The position numbers were made by a program, and so were the translations under genes. DNA of 14,949 nucleotides from a virus (lineage: Duplodnaviria; Heunggongvirae; Uroviricota; Caudoviricetes). The notes under the pieces are model-generated. The model had not been told where the DNA came from. It did not search any database and worked only from the letters and a program-made list of their open reading frames with translations. Location: IMG/VR virus record IMGVR_UViG_3300022751_000001, positions 1-14,949 of that record; one strand, given 5' to 3'. Of this stretch, positions 1-6,547 are shown one piece after another; within the stretch, counting starts at the first letter, position 1; every line of letters starts with the position of its first letter.

Positions 1-953
1 GCTTCCCATCGAGCTTCTCGAGCTTGACGTTCTGCTTTTTCCTCTTCTGTTTCGATGTATTCGCTAGTGCGAGTGGTAGTGACCGTTTCGATCCATGTAC
101 CGTTCTCAGCTTTTTCGCGAGTAGTTTCTTCAACAGTTTCGGCTTCTGCTTCAGGAGTTTCTTCTTCAGCTTCGGCTACTTCTTCAGCAACTTCTTCTTC
201 AGCTTCAACTTCTTCGGCATCTTTTACGGCTTCGATTTCTTCAGCAACGACTTCAGTATCTTCTTCAGGTACTTCAACCACTTCTGGGACTTCGACAACC
301 TTTGTGTCTGCTTCTTCGACTTCTGCAGGGGCTTCGTTGACTTTAACGTCAATGAACTCTTCAGTAGCTTCAGAAATTTTTGTTTCTTTTGCCATGTTTT
401 CCTCTTTAGGTGCGATTACTAATTTTTCCTCTAGTCCGTCGACTTTGAGACCCTCAGCTTTCGCTTTTTCTAAGGAATTGTGGACTGTTTCGTTAAACGA
501 GTTAACGTGTGCGTTATAGTTGTTAGGAGTAACTACTTGACTCAACCCGCAAAGCTCAGCGTTATTGTAGATGCCAGTATCAGGATCAAGGCGACCGAGA
601 GTTTCAATACTAAAGCTGTTTGAGAAACCACCAACCAATAGGTCGTACGCGACTTTCGCGTATGCGTTTTCTTTAACTGCATAAATAATCTTCTCAACAG
701 TAACTTTGTTGCCAGATTTCTTAACACCAACAGTTTTACCGATAAGGCTTCGCAATGTGTCATCGTGATCGGCAGTAAGCTGGTTACCGTAATCTTCGAG
801 GCTCATTGATTCGATGTCGTATCGTGTGCCGTTGCGTTGCGTAGAATCGTCAGTAATAGTTAGACCGTTCGGGAATGATACAACGCCATCTCCCTCATCC
901 GTGAAACCACCTAGGTCGGCAGTAACAACGTAACTATTTCTACTTTTTTCCAC
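1..953 (-). CDS. HK97-type prohead maturation protease with acidic scaffold-like C-terminal extension (3' partial, runs off window)
   Basis: Not in the ORF track. Manual translation from GTG at 953 (SD AAGGA) stays open to the window edge: MEKSRNSY...LTADHDD...GGFSNSFSIET...AELCGLSQVVTPNN. This matches the His, Ser and EL-x-x-LS-x-V-x-x-P-x-N motifs of HK97 gp4-like proteases, followed by an E/A/V-rich tract. It lies on the same strand as, and downstream of, the portal. Confidence 0.85.
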   Translation of the reverse strand, partial: MEKSRNSYVVTADLGGFTDEGDGVVSFPNGLTITDDSTQRNGTRYDIESMSLEDYGNQLTADHDDTLRSLIGKTVGVKKSGNKVTVEKIIYAVKENAYAKVAYDLLVGGFSNSFSIETLGRLDPDTGIYNNAELCGLSQVVTPNNYNAHVNSFNETVHNSLEKAKAEGLKVDGLEEKLVIAPKEENMAKETKISEATEEFIDVKVNEAPAEVEEADTKVVEVPEVVEVPEEDTEVVAEEIEAVKDAEEVEAEEEVAEEVAEAEEETPEAEAETVEETTREKAENGTWIETVTTTRTSEYIETEEEKAERQAREARWE

Positions 954-1062
954 GTTTCTATTCCTTTTTTGTTTTAAGGGACGTTTTTTGTGTAAAACTT
1001 TTGTTTGTTTCGTTCGAAGACCATTCGCAGTGTCTGTGCATGACCTCTATACGTTCTTCTTC

Positions 1063-1091
1063 TTGTATTATACATATTATTGTTTTATGAT
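1063..1091 (+). promoter_or_regulatory. sigma70-type promoter, leaderless
   Basis: TTGTAT(1063-1068)-17 bp-TATGAT(1086-1091); ATG at 1099 follows after a 7-nt gap and has no SD. Confidence 0.7.
1067..1076 (-). promoter_or_regulatory. putative -10 element for the protease gene (TATGTATAAT), no -35 consensus
   Basis: The identical 10-mer lies upstream of the portal gene (4669-4678). This copy is about 110 nt upstream of the GTG at 953. Confidence 0.45.
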
Positions 1092-1098
1092 AGTTTCA

Positions 1099-1272
1099 AT
1101 GAGTGAATTTGACCGACAAGCAGCTATCTTCGCAGAAAAAGTGACTAACCCCGATGAGGTGGTTACTGCTTGCAGTGTGATGAAAGCTGAGTTTGATGAT
1201 GGTGAAACCTACTATTTCTTAACCGATGACGACAAAATCATTAAGATCACCACTAGAGAAAGCGAAAGATGA
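1099..1272 (+). CDS. small hypothetical protein (57 aa)
   Basis: Track ORF 988-1272 re-started at ATG 1099 on the basis of the promoter; ATGA overlap with the next gene. Confidence 0.7.
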   Translation: MSEFDRQAAIFAEKVTNPDEVVTACSVMKAEFDDGETYYFLTDDDKIIKITTRESER

Positions 1273-1724
1273 CCCATTCTGAGCTAGAAAAAGTTATTAT
1301 AGAAGGTATCTTTACGCTTGGCAACCACATTCTCAACGCACCAGAGCGTTTACACATGCGAGTAGAGATGGTAGACGACAATAGGGTGATGTTAAGTCCT
1401 AACGTCTTACTATATATAGACAAGAACGGTATATATGAGAACTTCAAAGAGTCAAGGTATGAAATGCGACCTATCGCGTTCGCTACTTTAATGACACCCC
1501 TGTGCGATATAACTGTCAGTCAGGGTGAAGTTTACTCTATCAGCTTTAAACACGTTCACGACGCGGGGGTTTTCCCACAAGAGCTAGATATTGAAGAGAT
1601 TTTAGCAGAAGTTGACCGTACTGCTTTCTCAGATGAAGCATTTAACACCCCTCGGGTAGTACGATTGTCACGACAACGTATCGACCCACGCTTTGCACGC
1701 AAAAATATACGCGCTTTGATATAA
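1269..1724 (+). CDS. hypothetical protein (151 aa)
   Basis: Protein-like composition; ATGA-coupled to the upstream gene. Confidence 0.75.
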   Translation: MTHSELEKVIIEGIFTLGNHILNAPERLHMRVEMVDDNRVMLSPNVLLYIDKNGIYENFKESRYEMRPIAFATLMTPLCDITVSQGEVYSISFKHVHDAGVFPQELDIEEILAEVDRTAFSDEAFNTPRVVRLSRQRIDPRFARKNIRALI

Positions 1725-1759
1725 AACCTATTGCGTTTTCTGTATTTACGTTGTACTAT
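1723..1759 (+). promoter_or_regulatory. sigma70-type promoter with AAAACCTA upstream box, leaderless
   Basis: AAAACCTA-TTGCGT(1731-1736)-17 bp-TACTAT(1754-1759)-6 nt-ATG(1766). Confidence 0.75.
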
Positions 1760-1765
1760 ATGTAT

Positions 1766-1939
1766 ATGTATACCGAAGAAGACTATGCAACCGTTGAAGC
1801 TATGACCATTTTTGGTGGTTCGTTTGTCGTTGCACTCGCCCACGCGTGTCGACAAGCTGACGCAGTAAACCTAGCAAAGATTAAACAAACGTGGCCAGAA
1901 TACTGGGCTGAATACACAGAAATGAGTAAGAATTTATGA
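1766..1939 (+). CDS. small phage hypothetical protein (57 aa)
   Basis: MYTEEDY...FGGSFVVALAHACRQADAVNLAKIKQTWPEYW resembles a recurrent small phage protein pattern (GGSF..ALA.A...AD..N...I...WP.YW), recognised by eye only. Start chosen from the promoter geometry. Confidence 0.75.
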   Translation: MYTEEDYATVEAMTIFGGSFVVALAHACRQADAVNLAKIKQTWPEYWAEYTEMSKNL

Positions 1940-2298
1940 ACGACAGCAGTTTATTCAGTAATAACTTTGGTAAGTGGTGCGAAGCACACGGTATTGAGCT
2001 AGGTGACCACAAAGACGGTAAGTTCGACGCTAAGGTAGACTTGAACGAGTTGAAAATCGCGATTATGCGCTTTGCTGATGAGCAAGCTGATAATGCGGTT
2101 GATACCGCGCAGAGCGACTTGCTATTCGACCTAGACGAGATTGAGAACAAACCTTGGCGCGTTTTCAGACAGCTTGGTGCGATTATGCCCGATTATAAGG
2201 ACAGTTACCTACGCTATGAGCATTTTTATATGCACGGTGGTGGTAACGATGTAATGAAGTTGATTGAAGACTTCGAGAAGGATCACCCACTAGTATGA
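1936..2298 (+). CDS. acidic hypothetical protein (120 aa)
   Basis: ATGA overlaps at both ends. Confidence 0.75.
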   Translation: MNDSSLFSNNFGKWCEAHGIELGDHKDGKFDAKVDLNELKIAIMRFADEQADNAVDTAQSDLLFDLDEIENKPWRVFRQLGAIMPDYKDSYLRYEHFYMHGGGNDVMKLIEDFEKDHPLV

Positions 2299-2525
2299 GT
2301 TTAGAATTTGACAAAGATGAAATTAAAATCACCGCTTTCATCAAAAGCACTGACAACGTATTCAACGAACACAATGTATTCGGTGTGGTTGACGCTCGTG
2401 CAAGTATCGCTGAACTAATGCTCGACGCTCGTATCGAGTCTGCGATGAAGTACGGTAAACTTGATTTTGAAGAAGCTGAAAAGCTAGTGCTCGCTGAGCT
2501 AGAAGAGTCTAAACGCGAGTTATGA
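2295..2525 (+). CDS. hypothetical protein (76 aa)
   Basis: ATGA overlaps at both ends. Confidence 0.7.
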   Translation: MSLEFDKDEIKITAFIKSTDNVFNEHNVFGVVDARASIAELMLDARIESAMKYGKLDFEEAEKLVLAELEESKREL

Positions 2526-2965
2526 TCTCGCAAAAGCAACGAGAAAAACTTCGCGAAGACCTTTTGAAGGTTAGGTATATTCACCCTAAGAAATGTCTCG
2601 AGAAGTGCGTCTGCGGTCGCGATGAGTTGCTATGGTCAATTGACGAGTACACCGAACTTGTTACCGCTGAACGCGTACGGTTCGCAGAGATAAAGGCTGA
2701 CAACTACGCGAAGATACTCCAACGTATGGGCGCGAACACGTGCGAAACCTGTAAAGACTTTATGGCAGAGGCAGATGAAGTCTACTGTGACGGGTGCGAT
2801 AATGTCATTCACCAGAAGTGTGCGGGTTACACCACTAAAGGTGGCTACTATGATGACGAGGGCACCGTTCTTTGTGTCGACTGCAAGAAGAAAGAAGACG
2901 CTAGAGAAAAAGAAGAGCCCATCGAAATGGACCCTTGGGGTAGCTACGACGAGTTACCGTTTTAG
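2522..2965 (+). CDS. Cys-rich zinc-finger protein (C4HC3, PHD-like) with acidic DELPF C-terminus
   Basis: CETC-x11-CDGC-x4-H-x2-C-x17-CVDC at 2741-2884; ends ...SYDELPF; the stop overlaps the portal stop. Confidence 0.75.
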   Translation: MISQKQREKLREDLLKVRYIHPKKCLEKCVCGRDELLWSIDEYTELVTAERVRFAEIKADNYAKILQRMGANTCETCKDFMAEADEVYCDGCDNVIHQKCAGYTTKGGYYDDEGTVLCVDCKKKEDAREKEEPIEMDPWGSYDELPF

Positions 2966-4635
2966 CTTTTAGCTACACCTATCTTTTGTTTTGCGTAACG
3001 CTTTGTTACTTCTTTTAGTGCGGCTTCAGTGTCGTCGAACAGCACAGTCAATAGTTTGACGTAACCGTTATCGAACTTACCGAAGATGTCGGTAGTACCA
3101 GACACTTTACCGTCTTTCGCTTCAATACCGTTTAGGGTAATGAGTGTAGTGTCAGCCTTGACCGCTGAGTTAATCATAGCGACAGGGTTGTCTTCTTGAG
3201 CAAACTCGATTTCAAGGTCGGGTAAGAACTGACGGATAGGGACTTTGTTGACTGCGATTTCTACGAGGTCATCATCAGCCAGCTCGTTGAGGTTGTAAGT
3301 TACCTCTTTGCTCCCGTTTTCTTCGATGTCTTCGTCGTCTCGGTTTGGTCCACCTTTGGTGTCGCCATCGTTGCCGTCGTCAGCTTTAGTCTGGTCAGGC
3401 ACACCAAGGTCAGTAACTTCGATTTCACCGCGAGCAAACTTTGAAGCCACGTCTGCAGCATAACCAGCGTCAGTAAGAGCTTTCATTACGTCGAACTCAG
3501 CTTGACGTACTTGAACTGCAGCCTTAGCAGCGTCTTGGTCAGATTCAAGTGGGTTATCTAGAGCCATTTCGTAGTGGGTCTTTTCCCACTCGTCTTTGTA
3601 GTGTGTACGGTAGTCGAGGTTCAATGCGTCGATGATAGTTTCGATCTGAGGCATAATCGCGTTTTCTGTGAAGTCGTCTTTTTGTGTACGAGAAACTTCG
3701 CGACCTGTACCAGATTCTTCCATGCCCATGAGTGTCTTAGACACACCACCGATAGCGAATAGGTTGTCGAGGTGAATCTTGTTGATGTCACCCAGAGCTG
3801 CCTTGTCGAGGTCTTGTTGCATGTCTACCCAGTCAACAGTACCGCTACCGTTACCGAAGATTGGTTCACCCTTGTTGTGGTTCTGAAGACGTGAAACGAA
3901 GTTCGCAAAGTCTTCTTCTTCTAGTTCGATTGAAGTAGAGATGATACCAGGAGTGTTAAGGTTACCCTGAATCGCCTGTCGAGCGTAATCAGATGCTTGC
4001 TTCATCGTGAATTGAGCATCACGAGCCGCGTCTGCCATTGAGAAGTGTCCGCCACTATTGAACGGGTCCATCAATGAAATAGGGATAATCATGTCTTTGT
4101 GAATGTCGCGGGTTTTACCGTTGCGAGATTCGATGTAGCCACCGAGTTCACCAGTTTCACTGTTAACTACCTTACGGATATTGTACGGGTTCAAAAGTGA
4201 GAACGATTGTACTGCCCCTAAGTGTCCGTCAGCGTATACGCGTCGAGCTGCGTATAGGTAGAAGACACCCTCAAGGTCGAGGTATGTTGAGATGTTGTAC
4301 CAGAACACTCGTTCAGAAAAGTTCTTTGATTCGCGGATAAGAGGAAGGTAAGGGTGAACTACCGCAGTCTTGTCGTGGTTCGCAGATTCGAGGACTTTCT
4401 TAGAAGCGTTGGTGTAAATGTTTCGCTTACCGATAACTGCTGTGCGGTTTGCACGTCGGGTAATAACAGCGTATCCGAAGTCGCTGTACATATCCTTATC
4501 TGTAATCGTAGTTGCAGACCAAGAAGGAGACATAGTTCTCCCGCCATTCCGAAGAAAGTCTGTCGATAAATTGTTCTTTGTCTTTGCTACGGCCGTTGCA
4601 TTGGCTCTTGAAAGACTATCAAGATTTTTATTCAC
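2962..4635 (-). CDS. phage portal protein (HK97-family-like), 557 aa
   Basis: Size, position upstream of the prohead protease, and portal-like segments (YLDLEGVFYLY, LLNPYNI, GNLNTPGII, LFAIGGVSKTLMG, F.E..IMPQIETIIDALN). GTG start with AGGT upstream. Confidence 0.9.
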   Translation of the reverse strand: MNKNLDSLSRANATAVAKTKNNLSTDFLRNGGRTMSPSWSATTITDKDMYSDFGYAVITRRANRTAVIGKRNIYTNASKKVLESANHDKTAVVHPYLPLIRESKNFSERVFWYNISTYLDLEGVFYLYAARRVYADGHLGAVQSFSLLNPYNIRKVVNSETGELGGYIESRNGKTRDIHKDMIIPISLMDPFNSGGHFSMADAARDAQFTMKQASDYARQAIQGNLNTPGIISTSIELEEEDFANFVSRLQNHNKGEPIFGNGSGTVDWVDMQQDLDKAALGDINKIHLDNLFAIGGVSKTLMGMEESGTGREVSRTQKDDFTENAIMPQIETIIDALNLDYRTHYKDEWEKTHYEMALDNPLESDQDAAKAAVQVRQAEFDVMKALTDAGYAADVASKFARGEIEVTDLGVPDQTKADDGNDGDTKGGPNRDDEDIEENGSKEVTYNLNELADDDLVEIAVNKVPIRQFLPDLEIEFAQEDNPVAMINSAVKADTTLITLNGIEAKDGKVSGTTDIFGKFDNGYVKLLTVLFDDTEAALKEVTKRYAKQKIGVAKS

Positions 4636-4668
4636 GCGTTGTTTTACCTAATTGTTTATTCTATTTTG

Positions 4669-4678
4669 ATTATACATA
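4669..4678 (-). promoter_or_regulatory. putative -10 element for the portal gene (TATGTATAAT), no -35 consensus
   Basis: 33 nt upstream of the portal GTG; same 10-mer as at 1067-1076; the -35 position reads GCCTGT. Confidence 0.5.
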
Positions 4679-4710
4679 CAAGTGAAATATCACAGGCTCG
4701 AGAGGGGTAA

Positions 4711-4836
4711 GAAAAACACCGCATGGTAGCGCGGTGCTTTCGATAAGGAGGGTGTATAAGTCGGTTCGTATCGCCCATGATGCCTTTGATACAAACCAAT
4801 AGGGGGTATAAAGTGTTATTTATCAGTTAACACAGC
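4711..4836 (-). ncRNA. candidate ~125-nt small RNA (or attenuated leader) with two C-rich unpaired tracts
   Basis: Bounded by a consensus promoter (4842-4870) and a terminator (4712-4740). Stems GTGTTA/TAACAC (4833-4813) and GGTTTGTATC/GATACGAACC (4797-4763); linkers UUUAUACCCCCUAUU and ACUUAUACACCCUCCUUAUC. No well-supported ORF inside. Confidence 0.65.
4712..4740 (-). terminator. intrinsic terminator
   Basis: Minus strand AAAG-CACCGC-gctaccat-GCGGTG-TTTTT: 6-bp GC-rich stem followed by 5 U. Confidence 0.65.
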
Positions 4837-4841
4837 TCACT

Positions 4842-4870
4842 ATTATAGGGGTGGGGTACACCGAAGTCAA
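4842..4870 (-). promoter_or_regulatory. near-consensus sigma70 promoter
   Basis: TTGACT(4870-4865)-17 bp-TATAAT(4847-4842). Confidence 0.8.
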
Positions 4871-4873
4871 CGA

Positions 4874-4902
4874 TTGCGACCTAGACGAGGCATCTGTATA
4901 GT
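4874..4902 (+). promoter_or_regulatory. sigma70-type promoter, leaderless, back-to-back with the minus-strand promoter
   Basis: TTGCGA(4874-4879)-17 bp-TATAGT(4897-4902)-6 nt-ATG(4909). Confidence 0.7.
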
Positions 4903-4908
4903 GAAAGT

Positions 4909-5169
4909 ATGAGCTATACAAAAAATGACGACGACTTCTACCTGACCGTAGGTCAGCTCCGACGCGTCCTAGAAAATCTCCCCGATAATACAAAGGTCTA
5001 CTACCAACGTATCGAAGACGCGTATTTCGAAAAGCACGGGTGGACGCCCGATCTCGTGGTGCCCGATGATTCAAAGCACATCTACCCAGACATACCCGAC
5101 AACGAGTACGTCCGAGCGTTCTGCGCGTTCGACTTTGAAGGTAGACTTTGCTTGACAGCGCACTACTAG
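4909..5169 (+). CDS. small phage hypothetical protein (86 aa)
   Basis: Has its own promoter and a downstream terminator; the LTVGQLRRVLENLPDNTKV N-terminal pattern is common in small phage proteins. Confidence 0.8.
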   Translation: MSYTKNDDDFYLTVGQLRRVLENLPDNTKVYYQRIEDAYFEKHGWTPDLVVPDDSKHIYPDIPDNEYVRAFCAFDFEGRLCLTAHY

Positions 5170-5186
5170 CGTAATAAAATAGTGAT

Positions 5187-5228
5187 GACCACCCTCTTAC
5201 TTTCCAGTTCAGGGGTGGTTTTTGTTTG
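5187..5228 (+). terminator. probable intrinsic terminator (large loop)
   Basis: GACCACCC(5187-5194)/GGGTGGTT(5213-5220) stem followed by TTTGTTTG. Confidence 0.5.
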
Positions 5229-5241
5229 TCCTAGAGTTGAC

Positions 5242-5278
5242 AAAACCTATTGTATTTTTACTAAAAGTGCAATATACT
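5242..5278 (+). promoter_or_regulatory. sigma70-type promoter with AAAACCTA box, leaderless
   Basis: AAAACCTA-TTGTAT(5250-5255)-17 bp-TATACT(5273-5278)-6 nt-ATG(5285). Confidence 0.8.
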
Positions 5279-5284
5279 TATTCT

Positions 5285-5536
5285 ATGAGCAAACCAGTGA
5301 AACAATACAACGCGGTCACGATGAAGAACGGTGTCACACGACAGGTTCCAACACAGTACCACAAACCAAGCGGTAAGAAGAAGACCGTCTCTATGACGTT
5401 ACCTATCGCTCTTACCAGTGTGGTAGAAAATCTCGCGAACATCGACTTTAACGATAATAAGAGTAACGCGTACGAAACGCTATTATTAGAAGCTCTAGAA
5501 AGCAGGGGTCTCAATGTACAGCAAATCAATGAATAG
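5285..5536 (+). CDS. ribbon-helix-helix (CopG/Arc-like) DNA-binding protein (83 aa)
   Basis: KKKTVSMTLPIALTSVVENLA...NKSNAYETLLLEALE fits the RHH strand-helix-helix pattern; re-started at ATG 5285. Confidence 0.65.
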   Translation: MSKPVKQYNAVTMKNGVTRQVPTQYHKPSGKKKTVSMTLPIALTSVVENLANIDFNDNKSNAYETLLLEALESRGLNVQQINE

Positions 5537-5978
5537 AGCAGCTGAGTGTCGCAAACTGATGCCAAAGCTGTTTAAGGTAGAGCACGAGCTTATCGGTAAT
5601 CAAATCAAACGTGATGTCGCTATCTTCAAAGACTTCGCGACAGGTGGGTACACGTACGAGTCACTCGGTCAGAAGTATAACAAGCTACGGGGTTCACGTA
5701 TCTCTCAGATCGTGAAGAAGGTTGAGTTTCAGATTAAGAACCCAAACCAACCAGACCCGCAAATCACCGACCAAACCTTATGGCGACGCAACCGAAACAT
5801 CTATGAGAAGTGGTGTACTGGTGAATACAGTATCTACGACCTATCTAAGAAGTACAACTTAACCGAAGCACGTATCAATCAAATCATCAGAGATGTCACC
5901 CGCAACGAAGAACTCCGACGCGCCAGAGAGGACTTTAATGAACCACTCATCAGCGAGATGGTGAAACGCGATGCGTAG
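5529..5978 (+). CDS. tandem helix-turn-helix protein (Mor/sigma region 4-like), putative transcription regulator
   Basis: Two repeats: RDVAIFKDFATGGYTYESLGQKYNKLRGSRISQIVKK and RNRNIYEKWCTGEYSIYDLSKKYNLTEARINQIIRD. Start at ATG 5529 overlaps the RHH stop. Confidence 0.75.
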   Translation: MNRAAECRKLMPKLFKVEHELIGNQIKRDVAIFKDFATGGYTYESLGQKYNKLRGSRISQIVKKVEFQIKNPNQPDPQITDQTLWRRNRNIYEKWCTGEYSIYDLSKKYNLTEARINQIIRDVTRNEELRRAREDFNEPLISEMVKRDA

Positions 5979-6126
5979 CATCCGATGCTTTTTTGGTCGG
6001 CACGATCTTGTACCGATAACCGAACCCGTTACCGTTCACGAGAACAAATGGGTCGGGTATGAAGAAGCAATCGTAATATGCTCGCGTTGCGGTCTACTCG
6101 CTAACGCACGAAAGGAGCTAATGTAA
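5971..6126 (+). CDS. small Cys/His protein, DUF1660-like (51 aa)
   Basis: Below the track cutoff. Manual translation: MRSIRCFFGRHDL...VICSRCGLLANARKELM. The C-x-x-G-x-H ... C-x-RCG pattern resembles DUF1660 prophage proteins; overlaps both neighbours. Confidence 0.6.
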   Translation: MRSIRCFFGRHDLVPITEPVTVHENKWVGYEEAIVICSRCGLLANARKELM

Positions 6127-6260
6127 TGAGTCAGAAACTATTCAACATACTGGTCATCTGGGTATTAGTACTTATGACAATCATCACGGTCGCATACGTG
6201 TATGTCTTAGTTGACACCACTAATCAGATACGCGACTATAACCGCGAGTACCGAGACTAA
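6126..6260 (+). CDS. small single-pass membrane protein (44 aa)
   Basis: Below the track cutoff. SD AAAGGAG at 6111-6117; MSQKLFNILVIWVLVLMTIITVAYVYVLVDTTNQIRDYNREYRD. Confidence 0.65.
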   Translation: MSQKLFNILVIWVLVLMTIITVAYVYVLVDTTNQIRDYNREYRD

Positions 6261-6262
6261 TA

Positions 6263-6547
6263 ATGAGCTACCGCGAACTCTATAATCAGAATGGGTACAA
6301 AGAGCTAATACCTCTCGTTCACAAGGCTATGGAGAACGGTAACTATAGCGATTATATGTCAAGCATACGCAACGTCGTTATGTTTCTCGAATACGCAAAG
6401 GGGTGGGACACCCTCGAAGTAATGAGCAAGCAGTGGGACCTGCACCCAAGCACCATATCAAAACTATGTTCTCGGCTTGCCGAGCGCACCCTCGAATACG
6501 AAGAACGAATACTAGCGGGTGACGAGAAGCTAAAGATACTGGTGTGA
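6263..6547 (+). CDS. HTH-containing protein, paralog of 6544-6873
   Basis: RNVVMFLEYAKGWDTLEVMSKQWDLHPSTISKLCSR; 16 of 31 residues identical to the next gene over the PLV...Y..G segment. Confidence 0.7.
   Translation: MSYRELYNQNGYKELIPLVHKAMENGNYSDYMSSIRNVVMFLEYAKGWDTLEVMSKQWDLHPSTISKLCSRLAERTLEYEERILAGDEKLKILV

Noticed and set aside
24-763. Track ORFs 24-422 (+), 55-519 (+) and 542-763 (-)
   Set aside because: Shadow frames of the acidic protease/scaffold gene; the Phe-rich and Ser-rich products are what antisense or offset reading of GAA/GCT/GTT codons produces.
4745-4828. Plus-strand gene behind the perfect AAGGAGG at 4745-4751
   Set aside because: The nearest GTG directly abuts the SD, the next ATG is about 25 nt away, and both frames are under 20 codons. 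The sequence is better explained as the anti-SD tract of the minus-strand transcript.
4823-5565. Track ORFs 4823-5074 (-), 5182-5376 (+) and 5278-5565 (-)
   Set aside because: They overlap better-supported genes, promoters and a terminator and have no initiation signals.
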